A stretch of 64,000 nucleotides of DNA from an uncultured Chloroflexia bacterium (GTDB lineage Bacteria > Chloroflexota > Limnocylindria > Limnocylindrales > CSP1-4). Under the pieces are notes generated by a model. The model searched no databases. It had not been told where the DNA came from and saw nothing but the letters and a program-made list of their open reading frames with translations. The stretch covers positions 1-64,000 of the forward strand of contig CAWFXA010000001.1 in assembly GCA_963819655.1 (NCBI GenBank), read 5' to 3'. Positions 1 to 10,474 of the stretch are shown here, one piece after another (position 1 is the first letter of the stretch; each line of letters begins with the position of its first letter). The position numbers and the translations under genes are program-made.

Positions 1-1954
1 TGGAACGCATATCTGATCCTCGCGCCGATGTCCACGCCGTCCGTGGCCGTCCCGTACTCCACCTTCCTCGCGCAGGCCAGGGCCGACAACGTGGCCCAGG
101 TCACGTTCACCGACCAGGTCATCAGCGGCACGTTCCGGACGGCCGTGCAGTACCCGCCGCCGGCCCCCGCCACGAGCCCACCGAGCAGTCCCCCTGCATC
201 GCCGGGTCCCGGCGCCACGCCGGCGTCGTACCTGAACTTCACGTCGACGTTGCCGCCGATCGACGACCCGGTGCTGCTGCCGCTCCTGGAGCGGAACGGC
301 GTCGAGATCAACGCGACGGTGTCGGGCGGCGGGGTCCTCTCGGTCTTGCTAAGCATCGCGCTCAGCGTCTTGCCGCTCCTGCTGCTGGTCGGGTTCTTCG
401 TCTATGCCGGTCGTCGGATGCAGCAGAGCCAGGCGGGCATCTTCGGGTTTGGAGGATCCAGAGCGCGGGTCTACGACGCGGAGCGGCCCAAGGTCACGTT
501 CGCCGACGTCGCCGGCCAGGACGAGGCCAAGACGGAGCTCGTCGAGATCATCGAGTTCCTCAAGCACCCGGACAAGTACCGCCGCCTCGGGGCACGCCTG
601 CCTCGGGGCGTCCTGCTCATCGGCCCGCCCGGAACGGGCAAGACCCTCCTGGCGCGTGCCGTAGCCGGAGAGGCGGCGGTGCCGTTCTTCAGCATCTCCG
701 CCTCGGAGTTCGTGGAGCTGTTCGTGGGGGTAGGCGCCAGCCGCGTCCGCGACCTGTTCACCAAGGCCAAGGCCACCGCGCCGGCGATCGTGTTCGTCGA
801 CGAGATCGACGCGGTCGGGCGGCAGCGCGGCGCAGGCCTGGGCGGAGGCAACGACGAGCGCGAGCAGACGCTCAACCAGCTGCTCGTCGAGATGGACGGC
901 TTCGACGACAAGACGAGCGTCATCGTCCTCGCGGCTACCAATCGACCGGACGTGCTCGACCCGGCCCTGCTGCGACCCGGCCGCTTTGACCGGCAGGTCA
1001 CTGTCGCTTTCCCGGACCGGGCCGGTCGCGAGGCGATCCTGCGGATCCATTCTCCCGGGATCCCCCTCGCCGAGGCTGTCGACCTGGAGGTGCTCGCTGG
1101 CGCCACCCCGGGGTTCTCGGGCGCGGACCTCGCCAATCTGGCCAACGAAGCCGCGCTCCGCGCTGCGCGCAAGGATCGCGATGTCGTCGACCCAGGAGGA
1201 CTTCGAGGAAGCGCTCGACTCGATCCTGCTGGGCACGCGGCAACCCGGTCTCACCAGCGTCGAGGAGCGCCGCCTGGTGGCCTACCACGAGGGCGGCCAC
1301 GCGATCGTGGCGCGGCTCACCCCGGGCGCCGATCCCGTACATCGGGTCACGATCGTCCCGCACGGCCAGGCGCTCGGCGTGACGGTGCAGCGCCCCGACG
1401 AGGATCGCCGAAACTACCCGCGCGAGTACCTGATGGGGCGGTTGGCGGTGATGCTCGGCGGTCGGGCCGCAGAGGACCTCGTCTTCGGCCAGCCGACCAC
1501 GGGCGCGGAGAGCGACCTGAAAGCTGCCACCAGCCTGGCTCGGCGCATGGTCGGGCTGTGGGGGATGACCGACGAAGTCGGGCCCGTGTCATACGGGGTG
1601 GGCAAGACCCAGCCATTCCTGGGACGCGAGCTGGCGGCACCGCGCGATTACGCCGAGGCGACGGCAGCCCGGATCGACCAGGAGGTCGTCGCCATCATCA
1701 CGACCGCACGCGATAAGGCGACCGCGACCCTTCGCACGGCCCGTCCCGCGCTCGACGCCCTCGCCGACGAGCTGGTCGCACACGAAATGGTCGACAGCCA
1801 ACGACTCGACGAGATCCTCCTGCAAGCTGGCTCCGCCCCGGCCATCGCCGCGCAGGGCGGGACGTCGGCCATCGCGGCCAGCGCGGCCGCAGACCGCGTC
1901 CCGGCGGCGGCTGTCGGGAAGGATGCTGGTCGATCCGGGGCCGCAGGGGCCTGA
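1..1954 (+). CDS. ftsH: ATP-dependent zinc metalloprotease FtsH, copy 1 (5' end outside window; +1 indel near 1189)
   Basis: TM segment, Walker A GPPGTGKT, Walker [29 protein letters not shown]; continues in ORF 986..1954 with HEGGH zinc motif and GAESD. Confidence 0.95.
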
Positions 1955-1990
1955 CGATGCGCGGGGCGAAGGCGGCCTCGATTGGGTCTG

Positions 1991-3136
1991 ATGTCTGACG
2001 CAACAGCAGCAGGCGCCGCGCGCGGGACCGCCGAGGTAAGCCAACCGCCGCGGTCCAAGCGCACCCGTCGGTCGATCGTCCTGCGCGTCCTCCTGCTCGT
2101 TGCCATTCTCGGCTTCGTCTTCGCGGTGGTGCTGCCCCAAATCGTCGACTTCAACGCCGTCCAGGCCGCGCTCGCCAACCTCACGCTCGGTCAGCTTCCA
2201 ATCCTTGCCTCGGCCACGGCGGTCGCCTACATCGCGAGCGCTGCGCCAAGTCGCATCCTGGTGCAAGGCCTCTCTTGGCCCCACGCGGTCGGGGCGGACC
2301 TGGCCGGACGCGCCGTGGCCAGCACGATCCCGGGTCCAACCGACGTCGCCGTCAAGTTCGTCCTGTATCGCCAGTGGGCGATTCCGGGGGACATCGCGAG
2401 TGCCGGCATCCTGTTCGCCGAGTTCTTCGAGACGCTTTCGTCGCTTGTCCTGCCGCTGATCGCAACGATCGGCGTCGTCGCTACCGGTGGAACCACCCGG
2501 CCTGAAGTCATCTGGCTGACGGTGATCAGCCTCGGCGTCCTCGCGGTCGCGACGCTGTTCCTGACGGCGATCGTGCGATCGGAGGCACTGGCGCTGCGTT
2601 TCGGGAGAAGGCTGGACTGGCTCGCCAGACATATCTGGGTGTTGTTCCGCCGGACGCCGCCGGCATGCATCGTCGATGGCGTCCTTGAGATTCGGGCGAG
2701 TGCGCAAGACACCCTGTCTCTGCACGGTCTCATGGGGTTCGCGGCGGCCGTGGGGGCAAAGCTCGCTTGGTTCCTGGTTCTCGAACTGTCGCTCTGGGCC
2801 GTTGGACTCGACACGGACGTCCTGTCGCCGGCGACCGTCCTGGTCGCGATGGCGGTCGTCGCGCTCGTGACGCTCATCCCAATCACGCCCGGCGCGGTAG
2901 GTATCACCGAGACGGCGTACATCGGCCTGTTGTCGGCGGTCGCCGGCTCGGGCGCCACCGGGCAGATCACGGCGGCGGTCCTGGTCTTCCGGCTCGCCCA
3001 GTGGCTCGCGCCCATCCTGATCGGTTGGGCGCTGCTGCTCGTCATGCGACGAGGCCATTGGTCCGAACTGATGGGCGATGACCATGCGGCGACTCCGCCG
3101 CCAAGGGAATCGCAAGACCTGCCCGCGGCTACCTAG
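1991..3136 (+). CDS. Lysylphosphatidylglycerol synthase TM-domain (UPF0104/flippase-like) membrane protein
   Basis: Multiple TM helices, PITPGAVGITE and AAVLVFR motifs. Confidence 0.8.
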   Translation: MSDATAAGAARGTAEVSQPPRSKRTRRSIVLRVLLLVAILGFVFAVVLPQIVDFNAVQAALANLTLGQLPILASATAVAYIASAAPSRILVQGLSWPHAVGADLAGRAVASTIPGPTDVAVKFVLYRQWAIPGDIASAGILFAEFFETLSSLVLPLIATIGVVATGGTTRPEVIWLTVISLGVLAVATLFLTAIVRSEALALRFGRRLDWLARHIWVLFRRTPPACIVDGVLEIRASAQDTLSLHGLMGFAAAVGAKLAWFLVLELSLWAVGLDTDVLSPATVLVAMAVVALVTLIPITPGAVGITETAYIGLLSAVAGSGATGQITAAVLVFRLAQWLAPILIGWALLLVMRRGHWSELMGDDHAATPPPRESQDLPAAT

Positions 3137-3276
3137 CGCCCGCTCGTCGGAGAGGCATTCCTTTCGGTTCTAGCCGCGTCAGGCGCCGCATAGGTTGAAG
3201 GTCGTGCGATGGGCCCGCAGAGGAGCATCCCCTGGTCAACTGCGGCTCCATTCCATGGGCGCGCTTTCCAAGGTCC

Positions 3277-3743
3277 CTAAATACCGATGACGTCCTTGAG
3301 CACGACGGTGACTCGCCCCGGGAAGTCGCCGTTGAGGATCAGCACCTTGTTGAGCGCGCTCCGGACACCGTACGCAGCCTCGAGACTTGGGAGGCAGTAG
3401 TCCTCAAGCCGGCCCAGCGCCGCCGCGAGATCGGGCACGATCTTCTGAGAGCCGATGGCAAGGATGACCTTGCCCGCGCTGCCGCCGACGGGGCCGACCT
3501 GGCTGCCGGAGAAGGAACCCAGGACGATGCGGCCATCTTCCGTCACGGCCTGGGCACTGTTGAGCATGATGTCGGCGCAGCCGCCATCTTTCGCATCTCA
3601 CGCAGCTGCGTCGCACGATCCATGGACCACAGCTTTGGCCGCAGCGCGTCGTAGCGCCCGGACTCCTCGATCTCTGCTCTGACCCCGAGCTCGTCGATGG
3701 TCTGCGTCGAACCGATGCTGGCTTCCGCTCCGTCCGGGACCTT
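3277..3743 (-). pseudogene. LUD-domain (lactate utilisation YkgG-like) protein, N-terminus missing, frameshift near 3585
   Basis: GRYDALRPKLWSMDR...SAQAVTEDGRIV.GS.SGSQ...GSQKIVPDL typical of LUD proteins. Confidence 0.7.
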
Positions 3744-3902
3744 CGTCTCGGCGATGAGGGCAGTCTTGCCGATGCCGGGCGGACCTTCGAGCGCGAGGAG
3801 ATGGAAGCCGGCTTGGGCCGCGGCTATCAGGCGTTCGACCGCCGCACGCTCGACATCGCGCTCGAGCAGTTCGATGTGAGCCGACAGCGATTGCCTTGGC
3901 AT
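3744..3902 (-). pseudogene. N-terminal stub of an AAA-ATPase/LuxR regulator fused in frame to the LUD remnant
   Basis: LLERDVERAAVERL...EGPPGIGKTALI resembles the N-termini of the intact AAA-LuxR genes in this window. Confidence 0.75.
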
Positions 3903-4006
3903 CTCCGCGCCGCCCTCCTCGCGCGCCTCCACCTGATCGGACTCCCTTCAGGAGCATACGCCCGCGCGTTCCGCTGCCCGTGCTGTCCCGATGCGCCCGG
4001 CCAATG

Positions 4007-4065
4007 ACTACGGCGTGACTTGGGGGGAGCCCACGATGCGGAGCCGTCGTCGGGGCGGCTACGGT
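4007..4065 (+). promoter_or_regulatory. Putative activator box (dialect C) plus -10 element
   Basis: TTGGGGGGAGCCCACGATGCGG-N18-TACGGT; near-identical element at 6641-6699. Confidence 0.65.
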
Positions 4066-4163
4066 GCCAGACATCCGGGGCAATTGCATCCGGGAGAAAC
4101 TGAGCGTAGTTATCGACCGCGTAATACGCGGTCGGGACCGCGCCGACTCGATGGGCGAGCCAC

Positions 4164-4617
4164 ATGGCCAGAAACGCAGTCGTCGCCGTCTTCGACGACC
4201 GGAACAAGGCATATGACACAGCGACCGCCATCGGGCGGATCAACGACGAAATGTTCGATGTGAAGCAGGGAGCCATCGTCACGAAGGATGCCAAGGGCAA
4301 CGCCAGCGTGGCCGACTCGGAGAGTTTCGGCGCACCGTGGGGGCTCGTCGGCGGCCCGATCGTCGGTGGCCTCGTCGGCCTTCTCGGCGGCCCGCCCGGC
4401 GTAGCCATCGGGGCCGTGACCGGCGGAATTCATCGGCTGGATCCACGACCTCGGTCGACTCGGATTGGCCGAGGACTGGGTGAGCGACGTGACCCATCAG
4501 ATGAAGCCGGGTCAGGCGGCGCTCGTCCTCGAGGTGGAAGAGGGCTCGACCGAACCACTCGATGCGGCCGCGAGGGCGCCCGGCGGCCGCGTCTACCGCA
4601 CTGACGTCTGGTCGTAG
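4164..4617 (+). CDS. DUF1269-like membrane protein (frameshift near 4428)
   Basis: Gly-rich GGLVGLLGGPPGVAIGA; continues in another frame as MKPGQAALVLEVEE...GGRVYRTD to TAG at 4617. Confidence 0.7.
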
Positions 4618-4761
4618 GGCGGTACGGCAATAGGTCGACGACCCTGGCGGGGCCGACGGCAATCTCGCTCCGGCAACCCGGGGCGGGTTGCCCGCGGCCT
4701 CAATCCTTGGAAGCTGCAATGGCGTCCAGATCGCGCTCGCGCTGATGGGTGGGTGTGAGCC

Positions 4762-6596
4762 ATGTCGTCGCTTCCGCCCCATCCGCTCAGGCCATTCGTG
4801 GACGCGCTGCCGATCCCGCCGCGTCGGATCATCGAGGAGCCGACTCGGCTGACGATCGGGCTCGAGGCCACGACGCACCGCTTCCACAGGGACCTTGAGC
4901 CCTCGCGCGTCTGGACCTATGACGGGCACCTCCCCGGTCCGACGATCGAGGTCCGCCGTGGGATCCCGCTAGAGGTCCTGTGGGAGAACCGCCTTACCGG
5001 GACGTTGCCGGTCCTCGTGACGGTCGCGCCGACCCACGTCGCCGATGGGATCCCGGTCCAGTCCGTTCCGGGTCGCAGTGGCGGCACGCTTGACCCTGCG
5101 GCGGCTGCGCTGCCAGGGTTCTCGGTCGTCCACGTCCACGCTGCGATGACGCAGGCCAGCAGCGATGGCTGGGCGGAAAACCTAACGGCGCCCGGTCACG
5201 CGGCGCTCGACGCGTACCCGAACGATCAGCGCGCGGCGCTGCTCTGGTATCACGACCACGTCATGGGCGTGACACGCTTCAGCGTCTACGGCGGCCTCGC
5301 CGGGATGTGGATCGTGCGCGACGAACGCGAGCGGGAGCTCGGGCTCCCGGAAGGCCCACCCTACGAGCTGCCGCTCCTGCTCGCCGACCGCAATTTCGAA
5401 ACTGCGCCACGGGGCGGTCTGACCGGGGGTCTGCTCCACAAGACCGATCCCGAGGTGATGGAGTGCTTCGGCCCCTTCACCGTCGTCAACGGCGCGATCT
5501 GGCCACGGATCGAGGTCGAGCCCGCGACGTACCGGTTCCGCGTGTTAAACGGCTCGAATGCCCGCACCTACCGTCTCGTGCTCACGCGCGACGGCGAACC
5601 CGACCTTGCGCGGATCACCCAGATCGGCACCGAGGGCGGGCTGCTCCTTGCGCCAGTCTCGATCCCGGCCCAGGGTCTCGTGCTGGCATCGGCCGAGCGG
5701 GCCGATCTCCTGGTCGACTTCTCTGACCTTGCGCCCGGGACGGAGCTCACCCTCTGGAATACCGCCACGGCGCCCTTCGACGGAACGGTCGTCGCCGCCG
5801 AGACGGCTGGTCATGTCGACGTCGACGGCCTCCTGCCCTACCCGGAGGTGCTCCGGATCGTCGTCACGGAGGGGCGCGCTTCCCCGGGTCGCGTCCCGCC
5901 GGTCCTGGCGACGGACTTTCGACGGACCAGCCGCGAGGAGCTCACGGACCCCACCGTCCGGGCGATCGCGCTGGTCGAACAGGAGGCCGCGGTCCATGGT
6001 GCACCGCCCCTGCTGACCATGCGCGAGCTCGAACCTGCCGACGGTCCGGGCGCCGCCGAGCCCAGCATCACGCTCGTGGAACCGCAACCCAACGGTGAGG
6101 ACCGCGTCACGAACTGGCGCACCGTCGCCACGCGCTCGCGGACACGACGACCTTCTTCCCGACCCTCCATCGACCCGAGATCTGGCGGCTCATCAACCTG
6201 ACCGGCGACACGCATCCCATCCATGTCCACCTCGATGCGTTCCAGGTGCTCGACCGATTTCCCGCCGCGGTCGACGTTCCCGACGATGGGATCACCACGA
6301 CTGCCACGAGTGCGACCGTGCACATCGACCAGTCCATCGACGACGGCATCCCGCATGCGCTCGACGACAACGAACGCGGGCTCAAGGACACGGTCCGGGT
6401 CAACCCGAACGAGGTGGTCGACATCGTCGTGACGTTCAAGGTCTTCTCCGGCCGCTACATGTACCACTGCCACATCCTCGAGCACGAAGACCGCGACATG
6501 ATGCGGCCCTTCGTGGTGATGCCCGCCGAGCTCATGCCGTTCATGGACATGCACGCGGGCGGCGATGGGATGGCCGACATGAAGCACGACGCATAG
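4762..6596 (+). CDS. Multicopper oxidase (CotA/bilirubin oxidase/PhsA-like), copy 1 (frameshift near 6136)
   Basis: Copper motifs HVH, WYHDH, HPIHVH, HCHILEHEDRDM; no signal peptide visible. Confidence 0.92.
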
Positions 6597-6640
6597 CTGG
6601 GCACGGAGCCAACGGACGCCGCGCGTCGGCACCCCCAAAC

Positions 6641-6699
6641 ACTACGGCTTGGTCTTGGGGGCACCCACGATGCGAAGCCGCTCCCTGGACGACTACGGT
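6641..6699 (+). promoter_or_regulatory. Putative activator box (dialect C) plus -10 element
   Basis: TTGGGGGCACCCACGATGCGA-N18-TACGGT; inverted half-site CACCCCCAA just upstream. Confidence 0.65.
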
Positions 6700-6784
6700 C
6701 GATGCACTCGGGCGAATGCACCCGCAAGGCCATCCGCAGTCGGCCATTGGGTCGGGCCGCGGGACATGTAGGAGACAAGCAGTC

Positions 6785-6916
6785 ATGCCACCCCTTTCAG
6801 AGCGACTCAGAGACCTATCCGCAAGAACCAAGGAGCTAGAAGATCGCGATGCGGCAAATCGTGCGGCGACCCGTGCGACGCTCGAATCGACCGGAGAGGT
6901 AACGAACCATGAATGA
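6785..6916 (+). pseudogene. 43-codon ORF, probably a truncated coiled-coil protein stub
   Basis: AGGAGA RBS; MPPLSERLRDLSARTKELED; overlaps the start of the next gene. Confidence 0.4.
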
Positions 6917-7493
6917 TTTTCTGACGCGCAACTGGTGGACGTTCGTCCTGCGCGGTGCGATCGCCATCGTCCTGGGGGTGCTGGCGTTCGTCGTGCCGGG
7001 GCCGACGCTCGTGGCGCTCATCGCGGTCTTCGCCGCCTACGCCATCGTCGACGGCGTCCTGGCGATCATCGCCGGTGCCCGGACCGACCGCGGGCCACGC
7101 TGGTGGTTCATCATCGGCGGGATCGCTGGCATCGCCATCGGCCTGTTCACCATCTATTCCCCCGGAACCACGGCCATCGCGCTCGTGCTGTTGATCGGCA
7201 TCTGGTCGATCGCCACCGGGGCGGCGCAGATCCTCGCCGCGTGGCAGCTTCGGCGCGAGATCGAGGGCGAGCTGCTGCTCGTAATCGGTGGTGTTATCTC
7301 TATCATCTTCGGCGTCTACCTCGTCGTGGCGCCGGGTCCAGGGGTGCTCGCGGTCCTATGGCTCATTGGCCTCTACGCGATCTTCGCTGGAGTGCTGTAC
7401 GTGGCCGAGGGATTCCGTCACCGTCAGGATGATCGCAAATCCTCGTCCGAGACGACCGGTTCGCCGTCGGGGCGTGAAGCGGCCTCGTCATGA
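6909..7493 (+). CDS. HdeD/DUF308 family membrane protein
   Basis: RNWWTFVLRGAIAIVLG, about 6 TM helices, LRREIEGE.LL motif. Confidence 0.9.
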   Translation: MNDFLTRNWWTFVLRGAIAIVLGVLAFVVPGPTLVALIAVFAAYAIVDGVLAIIAGARTDRGPRWWFIIGGIAGIAIGLFTIYSPGTTAIALVLLIGIWSIATGAAQILAAWQLRREIEGELLLVIGGVISIIFGVYLVVAPGPGVLAVLWLIGLYAIFAGVLYVAEGFRHRQDDRKSSSETTGSPSGREAASS

Positions 7494-7548
7494 GGCGCGG
7501 CAGGCTGGCGACCTCGCCAACGTGCTGACCATGACAACAACGTTGACC

Positions 7549-7574
7549 GAGCCCGCCACATCGATGGCGGGCTC
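7549..7574 (+). terminator. Stem-loop, possible terminator or attenuator
   Basis: GAGCCCGCCA-CATCGA-TGGCGGGCTC perfect 10-bp stem, no U-tract. Confidence 0.4.
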
Positions 7575-7589
7575 CGCGAGATAGCGGCC

Positions 7590-8775
7590 ATGGCGACCCC
7601 ACCCTCGACGGAGCTCGTGAAGCGATTCCCGTTGCTGACAGCGCCGAGTCGAGCCGCCGTGGTAGCGGGGATCGGCGCAGCGATCATCGCCGTCCTGATG
7701 TACCTCGTCGGCGAGAGCCTCGCCACATTCGTCATCGGGCTGATCCTGATCCTCGTCCTGGACCCGTTCGTGACGTGGTTGACGGCCAGGGGACTCCCAC
7801 GCCCCCTCGCCACGATCGCCGGCATCGGGGTCCTTGCCCTGGTGGTGTTCTCATTCGGGTACATCGTGGTCGCGGCGATGCTGAGACAGGGTCCGGCGTT
7901 CCTCCAAGCCATCGGATCCTCGCTCGCATCCATGCAAGACTGGGCCACGACGTCGAGCCTGCCCGACCCAATCAAGGATGGCATCGCCACCATCCTCGTC
8001 CGGCGCGACCAGGCGGCTGCCTCAATCGACATCGGTGCGATCGTCCAGGGCGTCATCGCGCCGATCTCCGGGCTCCTGGGCCCCGTCGTTGGGATGGTCC
8101 TTGTCCTGCCCTTCTTCATGTTCTACGTTCTGTCCGATCGGCCCCATCTGGTCGAAGCCTTCTACGGATCGGTCGCACCTCCGTGGCGACCTGACGTCAT
8201 CCACGTCGTTCGGATCTCGGTCGGCAGCTTCGTTACCTATGTCCAAGCCGAGGCGCTTCTCATGGTCGCACTCGGCACGATCACCTTCCTCGGGCTCATC
8301 CTCCTGGGCGTTCTGGTCGACCCGAAGAATCGCCGACTATGCGCTGTTTCTCGCGCTGATCGCTGCCTTCTCCGAGCTGATCCCGACTTTCGGCCCGTAC
8401 ATCGCCCTGATCCCGGCTCTGATATTCACGGCCACGCTCGGGGTTGGCCCAGTCCTCGCCGTCCTGCTCCTCTACATCTTGATCATGTTCCTTGAGGGGA
8501 ACGTGCTGGTGCCAAGGATCGAGGGCGGCAAATTCGCGCTGCACCCGGCCTTCGTCATCGTCCTTGTGCTTGCGGGCTTCGCGCTCATCGGTCCGCTTGG
8601 GGCCGTCCTCGCGATGCCGGTGGCCGCGGCCGGCCGGGACATCTTCAGGTACGTCTTCGCCCGAGCTTCGGGGATGCCTCAGCCGCTCTTCGACGACCAG
8701 GCCCCGATCATTGAGCCGAGCAAGGGCCGCCTAACATCTACGGCGGCGAAGGCAGCGGTGGGCAAGAATCGATGA
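7590..8775 (+). CDS. AI-2E family transporter (frameshift near 8325)
   Basis: Multi-TM; ELIPTFGP, LEGNVLVPRI.G, LHP..V, G..GA.LA.P motifs. Confidence 0.88.
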
Positions 8776-9048
8776 TCCGCCTCGCCACCACACCGGGCGA
8801 GCACGACGAAACCGGGAGCCCCGGCTGACAGCGTCGCCCCGGTCGGTTTGGAGGCACCGGGCTCGTAGAGAGCCCGCGTCGTCCACGGTCGTACAATCTC
8901 CCCAGCACCGTGAGTTCGCTTGATTCACAAGCAAATTCGGTAGTGCGCATGACTCTTCTGGGAGTGTTCGCCTGACACTCCCGGATTCAGACGGCGCGAG
9001 GCGCCGAGCTGAGTTCGGAGACCGGCTGGCAAACCCGATTCACGTCGT

Positions 9049-9097
9049 CTGACTCTGGATCAGGAGATCGAAGGTTCGAATCCTTCCTCGCCAGCCA
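9049..9097 (+). repeat. 3' half of tRNA-Gln(CTG), att-like copy 1
   Basis: CTGA-CTCTGGA-TCAG anticodon arm, GAAGG-TTCGAAT-CCTTC T-arm, CTCGCCAGCCA end; no matching 5' acceptor strand or D arm upstream. Confidence 0.9.
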
Positions 9098-9111
9098 ACA
9101 CTTGAACACGA

Positions 9112-9143
9112 AACGACCCTCGGAGAGGATGCCGAGGGTCGTT
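9112..9143 (+). terminator. Hairpin after tRNA fragment, likely bidirectional terminator
   Basis: AACGACCCTCGG-N8-CCGAGGGTCGTT 12-bp stem between the att site and a convergent gene. Confidence 0.75.
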
Positions 9144-9177
9144 CTGATTCACCCGGGTGTGAAGTCCACGTTCGCGG

Positions 9178-10428
9178 TCAGCGCACCGACCGGAACGAGT
9201 TGCGCAGCTCCTCGGAGAAGACCTGCGGCTCCTCCCACGCGGCGAAGTGGCCGCCCTTCGGTGCGTCGTTGAAATAGGTGAGGTTCGGATAGACCTTCTC
9301 GGCCCAGCCGCGCGGGGCCTGGAAGAGCTCCTGCGGGAAGACCGTGAATCCCGTCGGCACCTTGATGTCCGGCGGCTTCTGCCCCGAGGCGAGGGCCGCC
9401 ATGATGTTCTGGAAGTTCTCCCAGTAGAGGCGCGCCGCCGACGTCGACGTGTTGGTCAGCCAGTACAGCGTGATGTTGTCGAGGACATGGTCTCGGCTGA
9501 GACCTCCGGTCGGCTGGCCATCGATGAACGCCTTCGAGATCTTCGCGTAGCTGTCGGCGTCATGGTCGAGCATCCAGGCAGCCATCGCGAGTGGATCCAT
9601 CGAGCCGTAGCCGATCGTCTGCGGCTTGGTGTTCATCTCGGCGATGTACCCGGCCCAGAAGGTTCGCTCGATCCCGGCGAGCGCCTCTTGCTCCTTCTCG
9701 GCTCGCGAGGCGATCACGCCGACCACCGCGCGCTTGACGAGTCCGGTCGCGAAGGTGTCGCCGAAGAGCGCCGCGCCCACCTCGGTCGGGAACGCGCTCA
9801 GGAAGTTGAGGTGGATGCCGACGAGCCCGGCGGGCGACTGGCGGGCCATCGCGTCGGTGACCGTCGCGCCCTGATCGCCGCCCTGGGCCACGTAGCGCGT
9901 GTACCCGAGGCGGCTCATCAGCTCGCTCCAGGCCTGCGCGATCCGGTTGCCACTCCAGCCCGCCTCGGTCGGCTGGTCCGAGAAGCCGTACCCGGGCATC
10001 GACGGGATGACGAGGTCGAACGCGTCGTCGGCGGTGCCACCGTACGCGGTCGGGTCCGTGAGGGGGCCGATGACGTCGAGCATCTCGATGACCGAGCCCG
10101 GCCAGCCGTGCGTGATGATCAGTGGCAGGGCGTTCTCGTGTCGTGACTTCACGTGGATGAAGTGGACGTCGAGGCCGTCGATCGTGGTCTTGTACTGCGG
10201 CAGCGCGTTGAGCTTCGCCTCGACCTTGCGCCAGTCGTATTCGATCGCCCAGTAGCGGGCGACCGCCTGAAGCGTCGCCAGCTGCACGCCCTGCGAGGCG
10301 TCAGCCACGAGCTCCTTGGTCGGCAATCGGGCGGCGTTGAGCCTCGCGCGGAGATCGTCGAGATCCTCTTGCGGGATGTCGATGTGGAATGGGCGGATGT
10401 CGACACCCGCCTCGATGGTCGTGGTCAT
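9178..10428 (-). CDS. Epoxide hydrolase family protein (EHN domain) 1
   Basis: IRPFHIDI, HGWPGS, QGGDQG nucleophile elbow, GGHFAAWE. Confidence 0.92.
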   Translation of the reverse strand: MTTTIEAGVDIRPFHIDIPQEDLDDLRARLNAARLPTKELVADASQGVQLATLQAVARYWAIEYDWRKVEAKLNALPQYKTTIDGLDVHFIHVKSRHENALPLIITHGWPGSVIEMLDVIGPLTDPTAYGGTADDAFDLVIPSMPGYGFSDQPTEAGWSGNRIAQAWSELMSRLGYTRYVAQGGDQGATVTDAMARQSPAGLVGIHLNFLSAFPTEVGAALFGDTFATGLVKRAVVGVIASRAEKEQEALAGIERTFWAGYIAEMNTKPQTIGYGSMDPLAMAAWMLDHDADSYAKISKAFIDGQPTGGLSRDHVLDNITLYWLTNTSTSAARLYWENFQNIMAALASGQKPPDIKVPTGFTVFPQELFQAPRGWAEKVYPNLTYFNDAPKGGHFAAWEEPQVFSEELRNSFRSVR

Positions 10429-10474
10429 TGTGTTCTCCTCTGGCGTGACCGAATGGATTCATCGATGCCGTCGC

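Noticed and set aside
8780-9048. Structured ncRNA or riboswitch upstream of att copy 1
   Set aside because: Several short hairpins are present (for example GGGAGTGT...ACACTCCC), but I recognise no family. An element end is more likely; an Rfam search would settle it.
9020-9097. Intact tRNA-Gln gene
   Set aside because: There is no TGGCGAG 5' acceptor strand or D-arm at the expected distance; only the 3' half is present.
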